A stretch of DNA of 64,000 bases from Eledone cirrhosa (taxonomy: Eukaryota): positions 12,710,001 to 12,774,000 of the forward strand of contig OZ024744.1 of assembly GCA_964016885.1 (NCBI GenBank), given 5' to 3'. The stretch's first letter is position 1, and each line of letters begins with the position of its first letter. The notes under the pieces were generated by a model. That model had not been told where the DNA came from. It worked only from the letters and a program-made list of their open reading frames with translations, and searched no databases. Made by a program: the position numbers and the translations under genes. Below, in pieces: positions 53,801 through 64,000 of the stretch.

Positions 53801-56800
53801 TGTAAAGTGGTTGTGTAGGTATCACAACAGAAAGTACCCACTACACACTGTAAAGTGGTCATGTAGGAGTCACAACAGAAAGTACCCAGTCCACACTGTA
53901 AAGTGGTCATGTAGGTGTTACAACAAAAAGTACCCAGTACACACTGTAAAGTGGTCATGTAGGTATCACAACAAAAAGTACCCAGTCCACACTGTAACGT
54001 GGTTATGTAGGTATCACAACAAAAAGTACCCAGTCCACACTGTAACGTGGTCATGTAGGTGCCACAACAAAAAGTACACAGTCCACACTGTAAAGTAGTC
54101 ATGTAGGTGTTACAACAAAAAGTACCCAGTCCACACTGTAAAGTGGTTGTGTAGGTATCACAACAGAAAGTACCCAGTACACACTGTAAAGTAGTCCTGT
54201 AGGTGTCACAACAGAAAGTCCCCAGTACACACTGTAACATGGTCATGCAGGTGTCACAACAGAAAGTACCCAGTACACACTGTAACGTGGTTGTGTAGGG
54301 ATCACAACAAAAAGTACCCAGTACACACTGTAAAGTTGTCATGTAGGTGTCATGACAAAAAGTACCCACTACACACTGTAAAGTGGTCATGTAGGTGTCA
54401 TGACAAAAAGTACCCAGTACACGCTGTAAAGTAGTCCTGTAGGAGTCACAACAGAAAGTACCCAGTCCACACTGTAAAGTGGTCATGTAGGTGTTACAAC
54501 AAAAAGTACCCAGTACACACTGTAAAGTGGTCATGTAGGTATCACAACAAAAAGTACGCAGTCCACACTGTAACGTGGTCATGTAGGTGCCACAACAAAA
54601 AGTACCCAGTCCACACTGTAAAGTAGTCATGTAGGTGTTACAACAAAAATTACCCAGTACACACTGTAAAGTGGTTATGTAGGTATCACAACAAAAAGTA
54701 CCCAGTACACACTGTAAAGTGGTCATGTAGGTGTCATGACAAAAAGTACCCAGTACACACTGTAAAGTGGTCATGTAGGTGTCATGACAAAAAGTACCCA
54801 GTACACACTGTAAAGTAGTCCTGTAGGAGTCACAACGGAAAGTACCCATCCACACTGTAACATGGTTATGTAGGTCTCACAACAAAAAGTACCCAGTACA
54901 CACTGTAAAGTGTTCATGTAGGTGTCACAACAAAAAGTACCCAGTACACACTGTAACGTGGTTATGTAGGTATCACAACAAAAAGTACCCAGTACACACT
55001 GTAAAGTGGTCATGTAGGTGTCATGACAAAAAGTACCCACTACACACTGTAAAGTAGTCATGTAGGTGTTACAACAAAAAGTACCCAGTCCACACTGTAA
55101 AGTGGTCATGTAGGTGTCACAACAGAAAGTACACAGTACACACTGTAACGTGGTCATGTAGGTGTCACAACAAAGAGTACCCAGTCCACACTGTAAAGTG
55201 GTCATGTAGGTGTCACAACAAAAAGTACCCAGTCCACACTGTAAAGTAGTCATGTAGGTGTTACAACAAAAAGTACCCAGTCCACACTGTAAAGTGGTCA
55301 TGTAGGTGTCACAACAGAAAGTACCCCTCCACACTGTAACGTGGTTGTGTAGGTCTCACAACAAAAAGTACCCCTCCACACTGTAACGTGGTTGTGTAGG
55401 TCTCACAACAAAAAGTACCCACTACACACTGTAAAGTGGTCATGTAGGTGTCATGACAAAAAGTACCCAGTACACACTGTAAAGTAGTCCTGTAGGAGTC
55501 ACAACAGAAAGTACCCAGTCCACACTGTAAAGTGGTCATGTAGGTGTTACAACAAAAAGTACCCAGTCCACACTGTAAAGTGGTTATGTAGGTGTCACAA
55601 CAAAAAGTACCCAGTCCACACTGTAAAGTGCTCATGTAGGTATCACAACAAAAAGTACCCAGTCACACTGTAAAGTGGTCATGTAGGTGTCACAACAGAA
55701 AGTACCCATCCACACTGTAACGTGGTTGTGTAGGTGTTACAACAAAAAGTACCCAGTCCACACTGTAAAGTGGTCATGTAGGTCTCACAACAGAAAGTAC
55801 CCAGTCCACACAGTAAAGTGGTCATGTAGGTCTCACAACAGAAAGTACCCAGTCCACACTGTAAAGTGGTTGTGTAGGTGTCACAACAGAAAGTACCCAG
55901 TACACACTGTAAAGTGGTCATGTAGGTCTCAAAACAGAAAGTACCCAGTCCACACTGTAGCCTGGTCATATAGGTGTCACAACAGAAAGTACCCAGAACA
56001 CACTGTAACGTGGTTATGTAGGTATCACAACAAAAAGTACCCAGTACACACTGTAAAGTGGTCATGTAGATGTTACAACAAAAAGTACCCAGTACACACT
56101 GTAAAGTGGTCATGTAGGTATCACAACAAAAAGTACCCAGTCCACACTGTAACGTGGTTATGTAGGTATCACAACAAAAAGTACCCAGTCCACACTGTAA
56201 CGTGGTCATGTAGGTGCCACAACAAAAAGTACACAGTCCACACTGTAAAGTAGTCATGTAGGTGTTACAACAAAAAGTACCCAGTACACACTGTAAAGTG
56301 GTTATGTAGGTATCACAACAAAAAGTACCCAGTACACACTGTAAAGTGGTCATGTAGGTGTCATGACAAAAAGTACCCAGTACACACTGTAAAGTGGTCA
56401 TGTAGGTGTCATGACAAAAAGTACGCAGTACACACTATAAAGTAGTCCTGTAGGAGTCACAACAGAAAGTACCCAGTCCACACTGTAAAGTGGTCATGTA
56501 GGTGTTACAACAAAAAGTACCCAGTACACACTGTAAAGTGGTTATGTAGGTATCACAACAAAAAGTACCCAGTCCACACTGTAACGTGGTTATGTAGGTG
56601 TCACAACAAAAAGTACCCAGTCCACACTGTAAAGTGGTCATGTAGGTATCACAACAAAAAGTACCCAGTCCACACTGTAAAGTGGTAATGTAGGTGTCAC
56701 AACAGAAAGTACCCTTCCACACTGTAACGTGGTTGTGTAGGTCTCACAACAAAAAGTAACCAGTACACACTGTAAAGTGTTCATGTAGGTGTCACAACAA

Positions 56801-59800
56801 AAAGTACCCAGTACACACTGTAAAGTGGTCATGTAGGTGTCATGACAAAAAGTACCCACTACACACTGTAAAGTGGTCATGTAGGTGTCATGAAAAAAAG
56901 TACCCAGTACACACTGTAAAGTAGTCCTGTAGGAGTCACAACAGAAAGTACCCAGTCCACACTGTAAAGTGGTCATGTAGGTGTTATAACAAAAAGTACC
57001 CAGTACACACTGTAAAGTGGTCATGTAGGTATCACAACAAAAAGTACCCAGTACACACTGTAAAGTGGTCATGTAGGTATCAAAACAAAAAGTACGCAGT
57101 CCAGACTGTAAAGTAGTCCTGTAGGAGTCACAACAGAAAGTACCCATCCACACTGTAACATGGTTGTGTAGGTCTCACAACAAAAAGTACCCAGTACACA
57201 CTGTAAAGTGTTCATGTAGGTGTCACAACAAAAAGTACCCAGTACACACTGTAACGTGGTTATGTAGGTATCACAACAAAAAGTACCCAGTACACACTGT
57301 AAAGTGGTCATGTAGGTGTCATGACAAAAAGTACCCACTACACACTGTAAAGTAGTCCTGTAGGAGTCACAACAGAAAGTACCCAGTCCACACTGTAAAG
57401 TAGTCATGTAGGTGTTACAACAAAAAGTACCCAGTACACACTGTAAAGTGGTTATGTAGGTATCACAACAAAAAGTACCCAGTACACACTGTAAAGTGGT
57501 CATGTAGGTGTCATGACAAAAAGTACCCAGTACATACTATAAAGTAGTCCTGTAGGAGTCACAACAGAAAGTACCCAGTCCACACTGTAAAGTGGTCATG
57601 TAGGTATCACAACAAAAAGTACCCAGTCCACACTGTAAAGTGGTAATGTAGGTGTCACAACAGAAAGTACCCATCCACACTCTAACATGGTTGTGTAGGT
57701 CTCACAACAAAAAGTACCCAGTACACACTGTAAAGTGTTCATGTAGGTGTCACAACAAAAAGTACCCAGTACACACTGTAACGTGGTTATGTAGGTATCA
57801 CAACAAAAATTACCCAGTACACACTGTAAAGTGGTCATGTAGGTGTCATGACAAAAAGTACCCACTACACACTGTAAAGTAGTCCTGTAGGAGTCACAAC
57901 AGAAAGTACCCAGTACACACTGTAAAGTAGTCCTGTAGGTGTCACAACAGAAAGTACCCAGTCCACACTGTAAAGTGGTCATGTAGGTGTTACAACAAAA
58001 AGTACCCAGTACACACTGTAAAGTGGTCATGTAGGTATCACAACAAAAAGTACCCAGTCCACACTGTAACGTGGTTATGTAGGTGTCACAACAAAAAGAA
58101 CCCAGTCCACACTGAAAGTGGTCATATAGGTATCACAACAAAAAGTACCCAGTACACACTGTAACGTGGTCATGTAGGTGCCACAACAAAAAGTACCCAG
58201 TCCACACTGTAAAGTAGTCATGTAGGTGTTACAACAAAAAGTACCCAGTCCACACTGTAAAGTGGTCATGTAGGTGTCACAACAGAAAGTAACCATCCGC
58301 ACTGTAACGTGGTTGTGTAGGTCTCACAACAGAAAGTACCCAGTACACACTGTAAAGTGGTCATGTAGGGCTCACAACAGAAAGTACCCAGTCCACACTG
58401 TAGCCTGGTCATATAGGTGTGACAACAGAAAGTACCCAGTACACACTGTAATGTGGTTATGTAGGTATCACAACAAAAAGTACCCAGTACACACTGTAAA
58501 GTGGTCATGTAGGTGTCATGGCAAAAAGTACCCACTACACACTGTAAAGTGGTCATGTAGGTGTCATGACAAAAAGTACCCAGTACACATTGTAAAGTAG
58601 TCCTGTAGGAGTCACAACAGAAAGTACCCAGTCCACACTGTAAAGTGGTCATGTAGGTGTCACAACAAAAAGTACCCAGTCCACACTGTAAAGTAGTCAT
58701 GTAGGTGTTACAACAAAAAGTACCCAGTCCACACCGTAAAGTGGTCATGTAGGTGTCACAACAGAAAGTACCCCTCCACACTGTAACGTGGTTGTGTAGG
58801 TCTCACAACAAAAAGTACCCAGTACACACTGTAAAGTAGTCCTGTAGGAGTCACAACAGAAAGTACCCAGTCCACACTGTAAAGTGGTCATGTAGGGCTC
58901 ACAACAGAAAGTACCCAGTCCACACTGTAGCCTGGTCATATAGGTGTGACAACAGAAAGTACCCAGTACACACTGTAATGTGGTTATGTAGGTATCACAA
59001 CAAAAAGTACCCAGTAAACACTGTAAAGTGGTCATATAGGTATCACAACAAAAAGTACCCAGTCCACACTGTAAAGTGGTTATGTAGGTGTCACAACAAA
59101 AAGTACCCAGTACACACTGTAAAGTAGTCATGTAGGTGTCATGACAAAAAGTACCCAGTACACACTGTAACGTGGTTATGTAGATGTCACAACAAAAAGT
59201 ACCCAGTACACACTGTAAAGTGGTTGTGTAGGTATCACAACAGAAAGCACCCAGTACACACTGTAAAGTAGTCCTGTAGGTGTCACAACAGAAAGTACCC
59301 AGTCCACACTGTAAAGTGGTTGTGTAGGTATCACAACAGAAAGTACCCAGTACACACTGTAAAGTAGTCCTGTAGGTGTCACAACAGAAAGACCCCAGTA
59401 CACACTGTAACGTGGTCATGTAGGTGTCACAACAGAAAGTACCCAGTACACACTGTAACGTGGTTGTGTAGGTATCACAACAAAAAGTACCCAGCCCACA
59501 CTGTAAAGTGTTCATGTAGGTGTCACAACAAAAAGTACCCACTACACACTGTGAAGTGGTCAGGTAGGTGTCATGACAAAAAGTACACAGTACACACTGT
59601 AACGTGGTCATGTAGGTGTCACAACAAAGAGTACCCAGTCCACACTGTAAAGTGGTCATGTAGGTGTCACAACAAAAAGTACCCAGTCCACACTGTAAAG
59701 TAGTCATGTAGGTGTTACAACAAAAAGTACCCAGTCCACACTGTAAAGTGGTCATGTAGGTGTCACAACAGAAAGTACCCCTCCACACTGTAACGTGGTT

Positions 59801-62800
59801 GTGTAGGTCTCACAACAAAAAGTACCCAGTACACACTGTAAAGTGTTCATGTAGGTGTCACAACAAAAAGTACCCACTACACACTGTAAAGTGGTCATGT
59901 AGGTGTCATGACAAAAAGTACCCAGTACACACTGTAAAGTAGTCCTGTAGGAGTCACAACAGAAAGTACCCAGTCCACACTGTGAAGTCGTCATGTAGGT
60001 GTTACAACAAAAAGTACCCAGTCCACACTGTAAAGTGGTTATGTAGGTGTCACAACAAAAAGTACCCAGTCCACACTGTAAAGTGCTCATGTAGGTATCA
60101 CAACAAAAAGTACCCAGTCACACTGTAAAGTGGTCATGTAGGTGTCACAACAGAAACTGCCAAGTCCACACTGTAAAATGGTTGTGTAGGTGTCACAACA
60201 GAAAGTACCCAGTACACACTGTAAAGTGGTCATGTAGGTCTCAAAACAGAAAGTACCCAGTCCACACTGTAGCCTGGTCATATAGGTGTCACAACAGAAA
60301 GTACCCAGAACACACTGTAACGTGGTTATGTAGGTATCACAACAAAAAGTACCCAGTACATACTGTAAATTGGTCATGTAGGTGTCATGACAAAAAGTAC
60401 CCAGTACACACTGTAAAGTAGTCATGTAGGTGTCATGACAAAAAGTACCCAGTACACACTGTAACGTGGTTATGTAGGTGTCACAACAAAAAATACCCAG
60501 TACACACTGTAAAGTGGTTGTGTAGGGATCACAACAGAAAGTACCCAGTACACACTGTAAAGTAGTTCTGTAGGTGTCACAACAGAAAGTACCCAGTACA
60601 CACTGTAAAGTGGTTGTGTAGGTATCACAACAGAAAGTACCCACTACACACTGTAAAGTGGTCATGTAGGAGTCACAACAGAAAGTACCCAGTCCACACT
60701 GTAAAGTGGTCATGTAGGTGTTACAACAAAAAGTACCCAGTACACACTGTAAAGTGGTCATGTAGGTATCACAACAAAAAGTACCCAGTCCACACTGTAA
60801 CGTGGTTATGTAGGTATCACAACAAAAAGTACCCAGTCCACACTGTAACGTGGTCATGTAGGTGCCACAACAAAAAGTACACAGTCCACACTGTAAAGTA
60901 GTCATGTAGGTGTTACAACAAAAAGTACCCAGTCCACACTGTAAAGTGGTTGTGTAGGTATCACAACAGAAAGTACCCAGTACACACTGTAAAGTAGTCC
61001 TGTAGGTGTCACAACAGAAAGTCCCCAGTACACACTGTAACATGGTCATGCAGGTGTCACAACAGAAAGTACCCAGTACACACTGTAACGTGGTTGTGTA
61101 GGGATCACAACAAAAAGTACCCAGTACACACTGTAAAGTTGTCATGTAGGTGTCATGACAAAAAGTACCCACTACACACTGTAAAGTGGTCATGTAGGTG
61201 TCATGACAAAAAGTACCCAGTACACGCTGTAAAGTAGTCCTGTAGGAGTCACAACAGAAAGTACCCAGTCCACACTGTAAAGTGGTCATGTAGGTGTTAC
61301 AACAAAAAGTACCCAGTACACACTGTAAAGTGGTCATGTAGGTATCACAACAAAAAGTACGCAGTCCACACTGTAACGTGGTCATGTAGGTGCCACAACA
61401 AAAAGTACCCAGTCCACACTGTAAAGTAGTCATGTAGGTGTTACAACAAAAATTACCCAGTACACACTGTAAAGTGGTTATGTAGGTATCACAACAAAAA
61501 GTACCCAGTACACACTGTAAAGTGGTCATGTAGGTGTCATGACAAAAAGTACCCAGTACACACTGTAAAGTGGTCATGTAGGTGTCATGACAAAAAGTAC
61601 CCAGTACACACTGTAAAGTAGTCCTGTAGGAGTCACAACAGAAAGTACCCATCCACACTGTAACATGGTTATGTAGGTCTCACAACAAAAAGTACCCAGT
61701 ACACACTGTAAAGTGTTCATGTAGGTGTCACAACAAAAAGTACACAGTACACACTGTAACGTGGTTATGTAGGTATCACAACAAAAAGTACCCAGTACAC
61801 ACTGTAAAGTGGTCATGTAGGTGTCATGACAAAAAGTACCCACTACACACTGTAAAGTAGTCATGTAGGTGTTACAACAAAAAGTACCCAGTCCACACTG
61901 TAAAGTGGTCATGTAGGTGTCACAACAGAAAGTACACAGTACACACTGTAACGTGGTCATGTAGGTGTCACAACAAAGAGTACCCAGTCCACACTGTAAA
62001 GTGGTCATGTAGGTGTCACAACAAAAAGTACCCAGTCCACACTGTAAAGTAGTCATGTAGGTGTTACAACAAAAAGTACCCAGTCCACACTGTAAAGTGG
62101 TCATGTAGGTGTCACAACAGAAAGTACCCCTCCACACTGTAACGTGGTTGTGTAGGTCTCACAACAAAAAGTACCCCTCCACACTGTAACGTGGTTGTGT
62201 AGGTCTCACAACAAAAAGTACCCACTACACACTGTAAAGTGGTCATGTAGGTGTCATGACAAAAAGTACCCAGTACACACTGTAAAGTAGTCCTGTAGGA
62301 GTCACAACAGAAAGTACCCAGTCCACACTGTAAAGTGGTCATGTAGGTGTTACAACAAAAAGTACCCAGTCCACACTGTAAAGTGGTTATGTAGGTGTCA
62401 CAACAAAAAGTACCCAGTCCACACTGTAAAGTGCTCATGTAGGTATCACAACAAAAAGTACCCAGTCACACTGTAAAGTGGTCATGTAGGTGTCACAACA
62501 GAAAGTACCCATCCACACTGTAACGTGGTTGTGTAGGTGTTACAACAAAAAGTACCCAGTCCACACTGTAAAGTGGTCATGTAGGTCTCACAACAGAAAG
62601 TACCCAGTCCACACAGTAAAGTGGTCATGTAGGTCTCACAACAGAAAGTACCCAGTCCACACTGTAAAGTGGTTGTGTAGGTGTCACAACAGAAAGTACC
62701 CAGTACACACTGTAAAGTGGTCATGTAGGTCTCAAAACAGAAAGTACCCAGTCCACACTGTAGCCTGGTCATATAGGTGTCACAACAGAAAGTACCCAGA

Positions 62801-64000
62801 ACACACTGTAACGTGGTTATGTAGGTATCACAACAAAAAGTACCCAGTACACACTGTAAAGTGGTCATGTAGATGTTACAACAAAAAGTACCCAGTACAC
62901 ACTGTAAAGTGGTCATGTAGGTATCACAACAAAAAGTACCCAGTCCACACTGTAACGTGGTTATGTAGGTATCACAACAAAAAGTACCCAGTCCACACTG
63001 TAACGTGGTCATGTAGGTGCCACAACAAAAAGTACACAGTCCACACTGTAAAGTAGTCATGTAGGTGTTACAACAAAAAGTACCCAGTACACACTGTAAA
63101 GTGGTTATGTAGGTATCACAACAAAAAGTACCCAGTACACACTGTAAAGTGGTCATGTAGGTGTCATGACAAAAAGTACCCAGTACACACTGTAAAGTGG
63201 TCATGTAGGTGTCATGACAAAAAGTACGCAGTACACACTATAAAGTAGTCCTGTAGGAGTCACAACAGAAAGTACCCAGTCCACACTGTAAAGTGGTCAT
63301 GTAGGTGTTACAACAAAAAGTACCCAGTACACACTGTAAAGTGGTTATGTAGGTATCACAACAAAAAGTACCCAGTCCACACTGTAACGTGGTTATGTAG
63401 GTGTCACAACAAAAAGTACCCAGTCCACACTGTAAAGTGGTCATGTAGGTATCACAACAAAAAGTACCCAGTCCACACTGTAAAGTGGTAATGTAGGTGT
63501 CACAACAGAAAGTACCCTTCCACACTGTAACGTGGTTGTGTAGGTCTCACAACAAAAAGTAACCAGTACACACTGTAAAGTGTTCATGTAGGTTGCACAA
63601 CAAAAAGTACCCAGTACACACTGTAAAGTGGTCATGTAGGTGTCATGACAAAAAGTACCCACTACACACTGTAAAGTGGTCATGTAGGTGTCATGAAAAA
63701 AAGTACCCAGTACACACTGTAAAGTAGTCCTGTAGGAGTCACAACAGAAAGTACCCAGTCCACACTGTAAAGTGGTCATGTAGGTGTTATAACAAAAAGT
63801 ACCCAGTACACACTGTAAAGTGGTCATGTAGGTATCACAACAAAAAGTACCCAGTACACACTGTAAAGTGGTCATGTAGGTATCAAAACAAAAAGTACGC
63901 AGTCCAGACTGTAAAGTAGTCCTGTAGGAGTCACAACAGAAAGTACCCATCCACACTGTAACATGGTTGTGTAGGTCTCACAACAAAAAGTACCCAGTAC
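40118..64000. repeat. Long higher-order repeat: 6,707 bp (140-mer), 4,447 bp (93-mer, truncated), 6,803 bp (142-mer) and a partial fourth copy
   Basis: The same ORF starts at 40118, 46825, 51272 and 58075. Offset 6,803 holds for 53284/60087, 54771/61574 and 56638/63441. Thirteen 47-bp monomers per full unit give 142x48-13=6803 and 140x48-13=6707. Confidence 0.9.

Larger units (their letters stand above)
1..64000. repeat. 48-bp satellite DNA tandem array (~1,335 monomers, head-to-tail, runs off both window ends)
   Basis: The motif acactgtaaagtggtcatgtaggtgtcacaacaaaaagtacccagt(a/c)c recurs every 48 bp (occasionally 47 or 49) on every line, with a few substitutions per copy. All ORFs translate as 16-aa repeats in constant orientation. 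Confidence 0.99.

Noticed and set aside
626-63956. Numerous ORFs on both strands (Cys-rich on minus, Lys/His/Cys-rich on plus) resembling metallothionein, keratin-associated or zinc-finger proteins
   Set aside because: They are translations of a 48-bp (16-codon) repeat, bounded by recurrent 1-bp indels and without unique domains. Not called as CDS.
1-64000. CRISPR array (conserved part plus variable part)
   Set aside because: The variable part is a point-mutated version of one sequence, not unique spacers. No leader or cas genes are present.
1-64000. Human CER/D22Z3 48-bp satellite, or a CENP-B box
   Set aside because: The length matches CER but the sequence does not resemble it as I recall it (not verified by search). 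A CENP-B box needs two CpGs in TTCG...CGGG, which are absent.
1-64000. RIP-like CpA>TpA / TpG>TpA bias (gtagt, gttat, cata, gtatc, gttac, ctata variants)
   Set aside because: About half of the C/G sites in the monomer are already in CA or TG context, transversions are also common, and the array remains ~42% GC and highly homogeneous. No enrichment can be claimed without counting.
1-64000. Splice-like signals (TGTAG|GT) in every monomer suggesting tandem 48-bp exons or recursive splice sites
   Set aside because: There is no polypyrimidine tract upstream on the + strand (it is purine-rich) and no intervening intron sequence.
1-64000. Embedded transposon, inversion, telomeric repeat or G-quadruplex array
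   Set aside because: No non-satellite or reverse-orientation stretch was seen. There is only one GGG run per monomer on the minus strand, too widely spaced for a canonical G4.

Overview
The whole 64 kb window is one uninterrupted head-to-tail tandem array of a 48-bp satellite monomer (consensus ACACACTGTAAAGTGGTCATGTAGGTGTCACAACAAAAAGTACCCAGT, about 42% GC, roughly 1,335 copies, all in one orientation). I see no unique sequence, gene, transposon insertion or inversion. Every ORF in the supplied track is a translation of the repeat. Diagnostic monomer variants show nested higher-order repeats: 59-, 117-, 90-, 19-, 56-, 140-, 93- and 142-mers, plus an ~11.2-kb super-period, with a change of variant set near 31.8 kb. 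Two monomer-level signals stand out. First, a 6-bp quasi-palindrome whose two commonest double substitutions each make it perfect. Second, a resemblance of each monomer to a V(D)J 23-type recombination signal. Both are hypotheses. I cannot identify the organism or the satellite family from the sequence. Block boundaries are approximate and derive from ORF-track offsets and reading by eye.
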